Source of the DNA: an uncultured Planctomycetales bacterium
GTDB lineage: Bacteria; Omnitrophota; Gorgyraeia; Zapsychrales; Fredricksoniimonadaceae
Assembly (NCBI GenBank): GCA_964583975.1
Contig: CAZOXU010000008.1
Location: 2,745-66,744, forward strand
Length of the DNA: 64,000 bases
Reading direction: 5' to 3'
The position numbers were made by a program, and so were the translations under genes. Numbering within the stretch: position 1 is the stretch's first letter; the number at the start of each line of letters is the position of its first letter. Shown one piece after another: positions 9,252 through 19,186 of the stretch. Below the pieces are notes generated by a model. The model was not told the DNA's origin and did not search any database. It saw only the letters and a list, made by a program, of their open reading frames with translations.

Positions 9252-9281
9252 GGGTCTTTTTTGTTATAATTTGGGCCGTTT

Positions 9282-10130
9282 ATGCTTCTTAATCCATTAA
9301 CATTACACACACCACAATCAACCTCAGAAGCAGCCAAGCTTTACAAAGAATTGGAAGATTCGAAAGTTTTGGCAGGAGGCACCTTTTTATTGAATAGTTT
9401 GAAACTATTAAAAACAAAAGGGACTCGAACACCCAAGAATGTATTAAGTTTGTCTAGGGTACAAGATCTTAAAGGCGTTGCTTTTGATGGCAAGACCTTA
9501 ACCATCAAAGCCATGACAACCATTACCGAGCTTTTCGAAAATCCGGTTTTAGCCGAACATTTTGAGATTATCCACAAAGTCTGTCGTAATATTTCAACAA
9601 CACCCATTCGTAATATGGCAAGTTTCGGAGGCAATTTGACCTGCCGATACACCTGGACAGAAATGCCAGTTGCTATGATTGCCTTAGATGCCCAAATGTA
9701 TTTTATGGCGCCTGATGGAAGTGTCTCAAGCATGAGCGCTGAAGATTTCTTTAAAAATAATGCCCGCAGTGAATATTTATTTACGCATGTCCAAATCGCT
9801 AAAGATGTTGCTAGTCGTTTTGTCTATCGTCGAGTACGAAAAATGTCAGATGTTGATCAACCGTTATTGTCCCTTTGCGTAAAAACTTCACTCAAGAATA
9901 AAGTATGGTCCAATACCAGGGTTGTCATTAACAGCGGTCACGCTTTTGCACAAAGAGATTACAAGCTAGAAGAGTTCTTAAATGCTAAAGCCTCGGCTGA
10001 CCAGTTAGGAAAGCTGGCTATGGAGCATCTTACAACAGACATCTATGATACGCGCAGCAATGAATACAAACAGCATATGTTTAGAATCAGTATTCAACGA
10101 GGGATCGAGGAATTATGCAAGTCCAATTAA
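9282..10130 (+). CDS. Xanthine dehydrogenase-family molybdoenzyme, FAD-binding (medium) subunit
   Basis: CoxM/XdhB-like FAD-binding region (VLAGGTFLL). It is followed by the 2Fe-2S and Mo subunits. Confidence 0.7.
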   Translation: MLLNPLTLHTPQSTSEAAKLYKELEDSKVLAGGTFLLNSLKLLKTKGTRTPKNVLSLSRVQDLKGVAFDGKTLTIKAMTTITELFENPVLAEHFEIIHKVCRNISTTPIRNMASFGGNLTCRYTWTEMPVAMIALDAQMYFMAPDGSVSSMSAEDFFKNNARSEYLFTHVQIAKDVASRFVYRRVRKMSDVDQPLLSLCVKTSLKNKVWSNTRVVINSGHAFAQRDYKLEEFLNAKASADQLGKLAMEHLTTDIYDTRSNEYKQHMFRISIQRGIEELCKSN

Positions 10131-10585
10131 CGATCAATAACAAGCCTACGACACTCACCGTTAAGGGGAATGAAACCCTTTTGGAAGTCTTGAGAGATCA
10201 GTTAGGCATGACGGGAACCAAGACTGCTTGCCAGGAAACAGAGTGTGGCACGTGTGCTGTGATTATTAACGAAAAGGCTGTATTGTCATGTATTTCGTTG
10301 GTGGCTAATTTAGAAGGTGCGAATGTTAGAACTATTGAAGGCTTAGCTGATGGGGATACTTTACATCCTGTACAAAAGGCTTTTATCGAGCATGGCTCAG
10401 CACAATGTGGTTTTTGTATTCCTGGATTTATTATGTCTTCCACAGCCCTTTTAGAAAAGAACCCTAATCCAACACAAACTGAAATTGAATATGCCTTAGA
10501 TGGTAATATCTGCCGCTGCGCTGGTTATCCAAAGATCTTTGAAGCAATTCGCCAAGCGGGTAAAGAAATGGCTAAGGACAAATAA
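10115..10585 (+). CDS. Xanthine dehydrogenase-family molybdoenzyme, [2Fe-2S] small subunit
   Basis: Cys motifs CQETECGTCAV, CGFCIPGFIM and CRCAGY. Confidence 0.85.
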   Translation: MQVQLTINNKPTTLTVKGNETLLEVLRDQLGMTGTKTACQETECGTCAVIINEKAVLSCISLVANLEGANVRTIEGLADGDTLHPVQKAFIEHGSAQCGFCIPGFIMSSTALLEKNPNPTQTEIEYALDGNICRCAGYPKIFEAIRQAGKEMAKDK

Positions 10586-12929
10586 TATGGCGCTGACTAC
10601 CAAATCCAAATATGCCGACCAATATGTAGACCCTGTTGGTAAAAGTGTGCCTCGACTTGAAGGAAGAGGAGCGGTGACTGGCCAATTGAAATATGCTTTT
10701 GATATTTCTTTTCCTAATATGCTTGTTGGTAAGATGCTTCGCTCACCCCATGCTCACGCTCGGATTATAAGTATTGATACTTCCAAGGCTGAAGCTTTGC
10801 CCGGAGTCAAGGCGATTGTCACTGCCAAAGATACTTATCAAATTAAATTTGGTTCTAATGAGTATTTCTTTCCACACACGGTTGATCAGATGGCCTTAGA
10901 GTCTGATAAGGTCAGATACATTGGCGACGAACTTGCGGCTGTGGCTGCCGTTGATGAAGAGACTGCTGATCAGGCCCTCAAACTTATTGAAGTTAAATAT
11001 GAAATCCTCCCAGGTGTATTTGATATGGAAGAAGCAATCAAGCCTGGCGCGCCACAAATTCATGAAGCGATGAATAATATTGCTTTGATCCTGCCTGTTA
11101 ATTTTGGTAATCCAGAACGATTAATGAAGGAAGCTGATTATGTGCGTGAAGATAAGTTTTGGTGCCCCGTGGCACATCCATCACCCATGGAACCACATGT
11201 CTGCGTTGGCCAGTGGGAAACCTTTACAGATAAAGTAACGATTTGGTCTTCTTCCCAAGCACCATTTAAATTGCGCGAAGCTTTAGCTAAGACCTTGAAG
11301 ATGGATCTTAATAATGTGCGTGTGATCAAGATGCCAACCGGTGGTGGATTTGGTGGGAAATTAGAAATGTTGCCTATGGATTTCTCAGCTTGTCTTTTAT
11401 CAAAGAAGGCTGGTGGTGCACCTGTAAAGATTTGTTTAACTCGCGAAGAAGAATTTACAACCACTCGTCGTAAGCATGGCATGATTTATAAAGTTAAGAC
11501 TGGTGTTAAAAAAGATGGAACCATTTTAGCGATGACAGGGGAAGTGTTGGCTGATGGCGGTGCCTATTGTAGTTATGGTCCAACGGTTTTAGCGGCTGCG
11601 ATGATGCGTATTTTTATGGTGTATAAGATTCAGCATTTTAAGATGAGCGGCTATCGCATTTATACCAATAATCCTATCAGTGGAGCTATGAGAGGCTTTG
11701 GCGGTGTGCAATCTGGCTTTGCTATCGAGTCACATATGGATTTGATTGCTGAAGCTTTAGGAATGGATCCTGTTGAATTTCGTCTGAAAAATATTACGAC
11801 CGCTAACATGGTGACGGTTAATCAAATGGTGTTGACTACCAACGGTCTGCGTGAATGCATTGAAAAAGCTTATGAGGCATCCAACTGGAAAGCCAAGCGT
11901 GGCAAACAAAAACATATCTGTCGAGGCATTGGAATTGGTATTGCGGCTGATGTTATGGGTTCAAAGATGTATAAATCCCACGAATCAGCTGGCGCTATCG
12001 TGAAGGTTGAAGAAGATGGCTCAGTTTATTTATTTACAGGTGCTGCGGATACTGGGCAAGGATCTAATACGGCGCTTTCACAAATCGCTGCTCACGAATT
12101 GGGAGTCAGTTTTTCACGTATTAAATGTAAGGCTGGTGATACCGAAATTACGCCATTTGATACAGGTTCATTTGCCTCTAGAGTCACCTTTATTTCTGGA
12201 AACGCAGCCTTGCTGGGAGCTCGTGATGCCAAGATCCAGATTTTAGAAATTGTTGCCAAGGAGTACAATTTAAAGATTGAAGATATAGATATCCGGGCGG
12301 AACAGGTGATTTATAAGAAAGATGGCAAGAAATTGATTACTTTTGATAAAGCCCTGGAGCTTTGCTATTCGTTTAATTACGGTAAGCAGATTATCGGCCG
12401 AGGCAGCTATAATCCTAAAACAACCCCTATTGATTTTCGTAATGGGGCAGGAAACGTTTCAGGTTCTTATGGTTTTGAAGCGCAGATTGCTGAGGTAGAA
12501 GTTAACAAGGACACGGGGGAAGTTAAATTATTAGAGCTTTGGGATGCCCATGATATTGGGAAGGCGATTAATCCTCAGTCTGTGGAAGCGCAGATCGAAG
12601 GTTCGTTGGCTATGGGGATTGGTTATACGTTTTATGAAGATCTTAAATTTAAGAATGGCCGCGTTCTTAATGCCAATTTTGCTGGTTACAGAGTGCCTCG
12701 ATCGATTGGAATCCCAAAAATGAATACGATTTTGGTTGAAACTAATGACCCTGAAGGTCCTTTTGGAGCCAAGGGAATGGGAGAGGCTTCGTTGTTGCCA
12801 ACATCCGCAGCCATTGCCAATGCTGTGGAAGATGCCATAGGGGTCCGTATCAAGGAACTTCCCATTACGCCAGATAAAATTATCAAAGCCTTAAGGGATA
12901 AAGATCGAGAAAAAAACTTGTCAGTTTAA
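10586..12929 (+). CDS. Xanthine dehydrogenase-family molybdoenzyme, molybdopterin-binding large subunit
   Basis: About 780 aa of aldehyde oxidase / xanthine dehydrogenase a/b hammerhead plus Mo-binding domains. The ATG at 10586, directly after the small-subunit stop, is preferred over the track's overlapping 10500 start. Confidence 0.8.
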
Positions 12930-12952
12930 ACGTGAAGGATATAATCAAAACT

Positions 12953-13324
12953 ATGAAAAAGATATTTTTATTACCCATCGTAGCTGCAATACTCACTGGT
13001 TGTACGATTTATCAAATTGATTCTAAAGACACCACGGATAATTTCCACACACCTAAAACTGCCATTGAGCAAGTTCAGTATTTGGAAAAAGTCGATCAAC
13101 CTTTTGAACAAATCGGCGAAGTTTCCGTCACGACTGAACGTCGTCAATCTGTAGAGGATGTGATCCCTAAATTAAAGCAGGAAGCTGCTATTTTAGGGGG
13201 AGATGCTATTACAGATGTCCAAAGCGATGCCACAGGTGTTTGGAAGAAAGTTAGACCTAAGAAGCTTTTAGGCAACGCCTACGTTCGTTCCACCTACACT
13301 GCCAAAGTTATTGTATTTAAATAA
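12953..13324 (+). CDS. Small lipoprotein, unknown function
   Basis: MKKIFLLPIVAAILTGC carries a lipobox. The start could alternatively be the GTG at 12932. Confidence 0.45.
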   Translation: MKKIFLLPIVAAILTGCTIYQIDSKDTTDNFHTPKTAIEQVQYLEKVDQPFEQIGEVSVTTERRQSVEDVIPKLKQEAAILGGDAITDVQSDATGVWKKVRPKKLLGNAYVRSTYTAKVIVFK

Positions 13325-13347
13325 GATTTAAAATTTTTTAACAGGCA

Positions 13348-13944
13348 CTAATTAATTTTATTAATGGTGCCTGTTATTATTTTATTCAACTCTTCTTCGG
13401 TGTTGAAAGTTTGTATTACGCCTGGGTCGGTTGTTTCGAAGTTTTGTATGTGTTGCCCGCGCATAAAATCATTCATTCCTTGATGAACGTCCAATGCCAG
13501 AATTGTTTCCTTAAGAACGCTATTAAATATAGGTGGATGACCGCGTCTTCCTTTGAAGATAGGAATTAAGATGGGGGGTTTATTTTGTACAAAAGTTTCG
13601 ATCAACTCATCGATGGTTTTGGTTAAAATAAAAGGGCAATCTACCGGCAAGAGCATAAATCCCTCCGAGTCAGCCTTGACGATGCTAATTCCTTTTTGAA
13701 ACGAAGATGTTTGGCCAAATTTGTAATCTTTATTGTGGACAACAGAGACTCGGCTGTGGTTAAATACATGAGGTTTGATGAGTTCTTCGTGAGCGCCAGT
13801 AACAATAATAATCTCTGAAACTCGACTCTCAACCAGTCGTTCTTGAATAAGTTCGATAGCTTTTTTTTGTTGGATTTGGGCCAAAGCTTTGGGCGAACCA
13901 AAGCGTTGACTTTCTCCAGCTGTTAATAAAACACATGAAATCAT
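13348..13944 (-). CDS. mocA: Molybdenum cofactor nucleotidyltransferase (MocA/MobA-like)
   Basis: N-terminal LLTAGESQRFGSPKAL NTP-transferase motif. Adjacent to the XDH-family enzyme, which typically needs the MCD cofactor. Confidence 0.65.
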   Translation of the reverse strand: MISCVLLTAGESQRFGSPKALAQIQQKKAIELIQERLVESRVSEIIIVTGAHEELIKPHVFNHSRVSVVHNKDYKFGQTSSFQKGISIVKADSEGFMLLPVDCPFILTKTIDELIETFVQNKPPILIPIFKGRRGHPPIFNSVLKETILALDVHQGMNDFMRGQHIQNFETTDPGVIQTFNTEEELNKIITGTINKIN

Positions 13945-13974
13945 GCTTTTAATTATAAGCCAAAGAGTTGATTT

Positions 13975-14379
13975 ATGATTTTCTTTTTTATTTTAGTGAT
14001 TCTTTTATTAGCCGCCTATGTATTAATCTCTTTGTTTGCTCCTGAAACCCTTCCGTGGTATCGACCACATTTAATTTTAGAAAGACCAGAACCTTCAGCG
14101 CCAGCGCCTTCTGTGGTTACTCGTCAACCTTATATCATGGAAGGTTTGGCTGAACCTGATGGTGATTTTCGTCTTTCTTTGGAAGAAAATGTAGCTAGGC
14201 TGGAAGCGATTCTTCATGAGAAAAACAGGACCATTGAGAAGTTACAAAGAGAATTAACCGCTGAGAAATCTCATCGAGGAGAATTTGAAAAAGTTAAAGC
14301 TATTATGGACCAAGAGATACAAAATTTAAAATCAAAGAACAAAGAACTTAAAACAAAGACAGGAGAAAGAAATGGGTAA
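13975..14379 (+). CDS. Hypothetical membrane-anchored coiled-coil protein
   Basis: N-terminal TM helix, Pro/Ala linker, then coiled-coil heptads. First gene of a run of four overlapping ORFs. Confidence 0.35.
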   Translation: MIFFFILVILLLAAYVLISLFAPETLPWYRPHLILERPEPSAPAPSVVTRQPYIMEGLAEPDGDFRLSLEENVARLEAILHEKNRTIEKLQRELTAEKSHRGEFEKVKAIMDQEIQNLKSKNKELKTKTGERNG

Positions 14380-14926
14380 GATTTTATCAATCATGGCTTT
14401 TTTATTTTTGACCATACCAGGAATCAGTAGCGCACAAGAAAAGGAGAATGCAGTGAAAGACACTACCGTTGTTTTAGAAACTAATCAGGGAAACGTTGAA
14501 ATTAAGTTATTTCCAGAAATTGCCCCTAAGACTTGCGAGAATTTCGTAGGACTTGTCAAAAAGGGATATTATAACGGCCTCATTTTTCATCGTACGATTA
14601 AGAATTTTATGATCCAAGGTGGAGATCCAACAGGTTCTGGTCGTGGTGGCGAAAGCCTTTGGGGTGGAAAATTTGAAGATGAGTTTAGTGATAAAATTCA
14701 ATTTGATCGTAAAGGTCTTTTAGCCATGGCTAATGCTGGTCCTAATACCAATGGTAGTCAATTTTTTATTACCACCGTACCAACTCCGTGGTTGAATAAT
14801 CATCATACTATTTTTGGTGAAGTCGTCAGTGGGTATGAAGCTGTATCAAAAATAGAAAACACTCAAACCGCTCCTGGAGATCGTCCAGTTAATGAGCAAA
14901 AGATCATCAAAGCATATGTAAAATGA
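14372..14926 (+). CDS. ppiB: Peptidyl-prolyl cis-trans isomerase, cyclophilin type, secreted
   Basis: Signal peptide plus cyclophilin motifs FHRTIKNFMIQGGDP, GGESLWG and NTNGSQFFIT. Confidence 0.9.
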   Translation: MGKILSIMAFLFLTIPGISSAQEKENAVKDTTVVLETNQGNVEIKLFPEIAPKTCENFVGLVKKGYYNGLIFHRTIKNFMIQGGDPTGSGRGGESLWGGKFEDEFSDKIQFDRKGLLAMANAGPNTNGSQFFITTVPTPWLNNHHTIFGEVVSGYEAVSKIENTQTAPGDRPVNEQKIIKAYVK

Positions 14927-15720
14927 TAGATGAGTTGTTAAATAAGGCTTTACAAGCAACCCAAAGGGGAGAGCGTTACGCCTTTGCCACTATTGTGGAA
15001 GCTACATTAAAAGGTACTCCTCGCAAAGCTGGCGCCAAGATGTTGGTATTTGAAGATGGTTCTTCTTGGGGCACGATTGGTGGTGGACGCAATGAAAAAG
15101 CAGCCATCGCTGAATGTTTAAAAGCTATCTCTTCACATAAGCCTACAACGGTCACTTATAACTATTTTGGTCGTGAAGGTGAATCGGTGTGTGGCGGACA
15201 AATGAAGGTTTTTATTGAACCTTTTACGCCAGCTATTGATTTTATTATTTGTGGTGCAGGTCATATTGCTTTGCCCTTATCTGCCACAGGCAAGATGTTA
15301 GGTTACAAAGTGACCATTATCGATAGTCGTAAAGCCTTTGCGAACAAACAACGATTTCCTCATGTCGATCGAATTATTGTAGGGGATTATGCTAAGAGCT
15401 TGTCTAAGATAAGCATTCATAGCAATACCTATATTGCTATTGTGACTCACGGTAATGAACATGATTTTGAATGCCTTAAATCTGTGATCAAATCGCAGGC
15501 TGGTTATATAGGTGTCATTTCGAGTAAGCCTAAGAAGGTGAAATTCTTTGGCCGATTAAAAAAGCTAGGCATTGAGCAGAAATATTTAAATAGAATCAGC
15601 ATACCTATGGGATTGGATATTGGCGCGCAAACACCTCAGGAAATTGCTATTTCCATTTCAGCGCAGATTGTTCAACTTAAAGAACAAGAATATATAGGAA
15701 CAGATAAATTCTTAGAATAA
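14923..15720 (+). CDS. xdhC: XdhC/CoxI-family molybdoenzyme maturation factor
   Basis: XdhC N-terminal region (FATIVEATLKGTPRKAGAKMLV) and a Rossmann-like C-terminal half. Overlaps ppiB by 4 nt. Confidence 0.7.
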   Translation: MIDELLNKALQATQRGERYAFATIVEATLKGTPRKAGAKMLVFEDGSSWGTIGGGRNEKAAIAECLKAISSHKPTTVTYNYFGREGESVCGGQMKVFIEPFTPAIDFIICGAGHIALPLSATGKMLGYKVTIIDSRKAFANKQRFPHVDRIIVGDYAKSLSKISIHSNTYIAIVTHGNEHDFECLKSVIKSQAGYIGVISSKPKKVKFFGRLKKLGIEQKYLNRISIPMGLDIGAQTPQEIAISISAQIVQLKEQEYIGTDKFLE

Positions 15721-15723
15721 GGA

Positions 15724-16137
15724 GTGACTATGAATAAAGAAGAAGCCATCGATATAGTTCGTGATGCTGGGTTTGGTTTTTTAGCAACTGTGGAAGGAAA
15801 TAAGCCCCATGTTCGTCCCATGATGCCTTATTTATCTGATGATGGAGAGCTATTATTGGCATTGCTTGGACGTTCTAGAACAATCGCTCATATTAAGGCT
15901 AATTCTAATGTGGAAGTGTGTTTTGTTGACCGTAAGATGTGGTATGCCAGAGTCACAGGTACAGCTCAAATAACCAGTGACCTTTCTAAGAAACAAGTTG
16001 TCTTTGAAAATGTCCCTATGCTTCGCCAGTATTTTGCTGGACCTGAAGATCCTAATTTTCATCTAGCGGTGATTGAAATCAAGGCTGTAGAAGCCATGAC
16101 CCCGCATAGCCGTAATCCAGAGACGATTAGCTTATAA
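15724..16137 (+). CDS. Pyridoxamine 5'-phosphate oxidase-like FMN-binding protein (general stress protein 26 family)
   Basis: 137 aa. Pattern GFLATVEGNKPHVRPM is typical of the PNPOx-like split-barrel fold. Confidence 0.5.
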   Translation: MTMNKEEAIDIVRDAGFGFLATVEGNKPHVRPMMPYLSDDGELLLALLGRSRTIAHIKANSNVEVCFVDRKMWYARVTGTAQITSDLSKKQVVFENVPMLRQYFAGPEDPNFHLAVIEIKAVEAMTPHSRNPETISL

Positions 16138-16138
16138 G

Positions 16139-17515
16139 TTAATGGCTTTGTTTGAATTCTGCAACGAGGGCTTGGACCGTCTGCTTGGCGTCTCCAAAAA
16201 TCATTCTCGTATTTTCATAATAGAATAATTCGTTTTCAATACCAGCAAAACCGGTGGCCATTGATCGTTTTAAAACGAAAACGGTCTTGGCTTTATCGGC
16301 ATTAATGATGGGCATGCCGTAGATAGGACTTGATTTGTCATGACGCGAGGCAGGGTTAACAACGTCATTAGCGCCGATGATGATGGCAACATCAGTATTT
16401 TCTAAAAGCGGATTAATCGCATCCATTTCCATCAGTTGGTCATAAGAAATATTAGCTTCAGCTAAAAGTACGTTCATATGTCCTGGCATACGACCAGCCA
16501 CAGGGTGGATGGCGTATTTCACATCGCAACCATTTTTCTCTAATAATTCACCAAGTTCACGTACAGCGTGTTGAGCTTGGGCAACAGCTAAACCATAGCC
16601 TGGGATCACAACAACAGATTTCGCATTTTCTAAGATCAAGAAGGCGTCTTCTACAGAAACAGACTTGGCTTCTTTTTTCTCGCCAGAAGCTTGTTTCTTA
16701 ACGACATTACCAAAAGCTCCAAAAAGAACGTTGGTAATCGATCGATTCATAGCCTTGCACATGATGATACTTAAGATAATTCCGTTAGCACCCACGATCG
16801 CTCCCACCACAATGAGAAGAGTATTGTGAATAACGAAACCAGTGGTGCAAGCTACAACGCCAGAGTAGCTGTTGAGTACAGAGATAACCACAGGCATATC
16901 TGCACCGCCGATGGGGATGACTAGGAAGATACCAAATAAGAGCGATAAAACCAAGATTCCTAAAAATATATTATATTGGGTAGGATCCATGATAAATAAA
17001 ACACCCAAGACGAGAATAGCTGCAATGATGCCGGTGTTTACAAATTTTTGCCCTGAGAACAATATGGGTTTTCCAGGAAGTTTCTCGCTGAGCTTTCCCC
17101 AGGCAATGGCGCTTCCGGTGAAGGTAAGGCCGCCAATCACAATCGATAAATAAAGAGTAATGGCATTGGTTAAATCAGTGGCGCCGTGGACGTGATACGC
17201 TGTCCAATCGACAAAGACGCTTGCCAAGGCACCGCAGCCGTGTAAGAGAGCAATCATTTCTGGCATCTGGGTCATGGCGGCTTTAAAAGCAACCAGAGCT
17301 CCAAAACCAGCGCCGATTGCAACGCCAATTAAAATCCACTGAAAGCTGATGATGTGACCGCTAGCAAGTGTAGCGACAATAGCTAAGAACATGCCCAGAG
17401 CTGAAAGAATATTTCCTTTGCGGGCAGTTACAGGAGAGCCTAAGAATTTTAGACCAAAAGCAAATAAAATGGAGCTGATGATATAAATGAGATTGGCAAT
17501 GATTTCAAGATTCAT
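16139..17515 (-). CDS. pntB: NAD(P) transhydrogenase subunit beta
   Basis: Multi-TM N-terminal half and a C-terminal NADP(H)-binding dIII domain (GYGLAVAQAQH...GANDVVNP). Confidence 0.9.
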   Translation of the reverse strand: MNLEIIANLIYIISSILFAFGLKFLGSPVTARKGNILSALGMFLAIVATLASGHIISFQWILIGVAIGAGFGALVAFKAAMTQMPEMIALLHGCGALASVFVDWTAYHVHGATDLTNAITLYLSIVIGGLTFTGSAIAWGKLSEKLPGKPILFSGQKFVNTGIIAAILVLGVLFIMDPTQYNIFLGILVLSLLFGIFLVIPIGGADMPVVISVLNSYSGVVACTTGFVIHNTLLIVVGAIVGANGIILSIIMCKAMNRSITNVLFGAFGNVVKKQASGEKKEAKSVSVEDAFLILENAKSVVVIPGYGLAVAQAQHAVRELGELLEKNGCDVKYAIHPVAGRMPGHMNVLLAEANISYDQLMEMDAINPLLENTDVAIIIGANDVVNPASRHDKSSPIYGMPIINADKAKTVFVLKRSMATGFAGIENELFYYENTRMIFGDAKQTVQALVAEFKQSH

Positions 17516-17802
17516 TTGGTCGTATCCTTTTTCTTAAACATTTTAAGCATGCGTTCGGTCACTAAATAACCACCAACCACGTTAAAGGTAGCGAGAGCTA
17601 CAGCAGAGGTTCCAAGGATAATCGTTAAGGTGCTGGTAGCTTCTGCGCCAGCAGCCACTAAAGCACCTACAATGATGATTCCGCAAATGGCGTTGGCCTC
17701 TGACATCAAAGGTGTGTGTAATAAGGGAGGAACGCGTGAAATTAAGGCGAATCCAAGAAAGATGGATAAGACGAGAATGAATAACAGGTAAATCAATTCC
17801 AT
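17512..17802 (-). CDS. pntAB: NAD(P) transhydrogenase subunit alpha, membrane part
   Basis: 96-aa three-TM protein between pntA(dI) and pntB. The split-alpha arrangement is typical. Confidence 0.8.
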   Translation of the reverse strand: MELIYLLFILVLSIFLGFALISRVPPLLHTPLMSEANAICGIIIVGALVAAGAEATSTLTIILGTSAVALATFNVVGGYLVTERMLKMFKKKDTTK

Positions 17803-17814
17803 AATATGTCTCCT

Positions 17815-17877
17815 GTAGGGGCAACCCCCTGTGGTTGCCCTTTACGATTAAGGCAGGCACGGGGGCCTGCCCCTACG
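17815..17877. repeat. GC-rich palindromic (REP-like) element, family B
   Basis: gtaggggcaaccccct...ggcaggcacgggggcctgcccctac. The outer arms GTAGGGGCA / TGCCCCTAC pair perfectly. Confidence 0.65.
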
Positions 17878-19005
17878 TTATATTTTTTTAACCATCTCAT
17901 TAACCACAGCGCCTGCGTGTGTGACCAGTGCACCTTTGATAATGTCATCTTCAATATTTAATTTGAAAGCCTTGATGTCTTTGTCCCAATATTCTTCGAT
18001 TAAGTTATGCAGATTGGCAGAATACATTTGTGAGGCATTGACTGCAACCTTGCCAGGTAAATTACCCAGACCGATAATACGAACACCGTTGGCGGTCGTG
18101 ATTTCTTCGTTAGCTTTAGAACCTTCGACGTTACCGCCAGATTCGACAGCCATATCAACGATGATGCTTCCGGCTTTCATTTGGGCCACCATATCTTTAG
18201 AGAGAACTACAGGAGCTTTACGGCCAAAAAGTTGGGCCGTTGTAATTACCACATCAGACTGGGCGCAGACCTTGGCCATGCCATCACGTTGTTTTTGAAT
18301 TTGTTCTGGAGTGAGGGCCTTGGCATATCCTTGAGCGGTTTGTCCGGTTTCTCCTAAATCGATCTCAACAAATTTAGCCCCTAGAGACTGTACTTGTTCT
18401 TTAACCACTGGACGAGTGTCGAAAGCTTCAACTCGAGCTCCCAAACGTTTAGCCGTTGCGATCGCTTGAAGACCAGCCACACCAGCACCGATGATAAAGA
18501 CGCGGGCAGGCTGAATGGTCCCAGCAGGAGTCATCATTAAAGGAAATATTTTAGGTAATCGCTCAGCAGCCAAGATCACCATCACATACCCAGCCAGGTT
18601 AGCCTGAGAGCTTAAGGCATCCATTTTTTGAGCACGTGTGCTGCGAGGAATCATTTCCATAGAGATGGCGCTGATATTATTTTTTGCTAATTCTTCAACC
18701 AGAGTTTTTTCATTAAAGGGATCTAAGAAGCTGATATGAATAGAGCCTTTTTTAAGTTGAGACACTTCTTCTATAGGTGGCTTGCGTAAACGCAAAATAA
18801 TGTCGGCATTTTTGAGGATATTGGCGCGTGAGTCAATGGTAGCGCCAGCTTTTTGATAGTCGCTGTCAGATGCGGCTGAGTCTAGGCCAAGGCCAGATTC
18901 AACAGAAATTTGGGCACCTTTTTTAACAAGGCGATCAACTGAAGAGGGAATAAGCGCACATCTTGTTTCGCCAGGATGCGTTTCTTTAAGAACACCTATG
19001 ATCAT
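17878..19005 (-). CDS. pntA: NAD(P) transhydrogenase subunit alpha (dI, alanine dehydrogenase-like)
   Basis: Start MIIGVLKETHPGETR with a GAGGA RBS is preferred over the track's TTG at 19017. The NAD-binding motif GAGVAGLQA is present. Confidence 0.9.
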   Translation of the reverse strand: MIIGVLKETHPGETRCALIPSSVDRLVKKGAQISVESGLGLDSAASDSDYQKAGATIDSRANILKNADIILRLRKPPIEEVSQLKKGSIHISFLDPFNEKTLVEELAKNNISAISMEMIPRSTRAQKMDALSSQANLAGYVMVILAAERLPKIFPLMMTPAGTIQPARVFIIGAGVAGLQAIATAKRLGARVEAFDTRPVVKEQVQSLGAKFVEIDLGETGQTAQGYAKALTPEQIQKQRDGMAKVCAQSDVVITTAQLFGRKAPVVLSKDMVAQMKAGSIIVDMAVESGGNVEGSKANEEITTANGVRIIGLGNLPGKVAVNASQMYSANLHNLIEEYWDKDIKAFKLNIEDDIIKGALVTHAGAVVNEMVKKI

Positions 19006-19020
19006 AATTTTCCTCAATGA

Positions 19021-19041
19021 GTTCCGAAATATGTTCGGAAC
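19021..19041 (-). promoter_or_regulatory. Perfect 8-5-8 inverted repeat GTTCCGAA-N5-TTCGGAAC in the pntA 5' leader
   Basis: It lies about 16 nt upstream of the pntA start codon. A second imperfect hairpin, gatcccgagcg...cgagggatc, follows. Confidence 0.35.
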
Positions 19042-19186
19042 GAATTGATCCCGAGCGCTACAAGCGAGGGATCTGGATTGATTTTATTTCGACAAAACTT
19101 TGTTCATAATCTAACAAAATATCTTAATAGTCAAGAATCAATTCTTATTTGCTATTTATTTATTTTTTTGATATTGTTGAACTCTT

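Noticed and set aside
10500-10585. The track's 809-aa version of the Mo large subunit starts at 10500 and overlaps the 2Fe-2S subunit by 86 nt
   Set aside because: The overlap is in a different frame through conserved small-subunit sequence. The ATG at 10586, immediately after the small-subunit stop, gives a normal large-subunit N-terminus (MALTTKSKYADQYVDPVGKSVPRLEG).
17582-17860. 92-aa minus-strand ORF overlapping the membrane part of pntA
   Set aside because: It is in an alternative frame of the conserved three-TM PntA-alpha2 gene and runs into the REP-like palindrome. The 96-aa ORF at 17512-17802 matches the expected transhydrogenase subunit.
1037-19000. Numerous 60-130 aa antisense ORFs inside valS, lysC, cimA, the Mo enzyme, pntB, pntA, trxB and others (e.g. 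1037-1240, 2708-3037, 5387-5653, 11138-11482, 16872-17153, 17921-18298, 23175-23810)
   Set aside because: They lie wholly within well-supported long genes on the opposite strand. They lack RBSs and are rich in codons typical of antisense frames. They are treated as non-coding.
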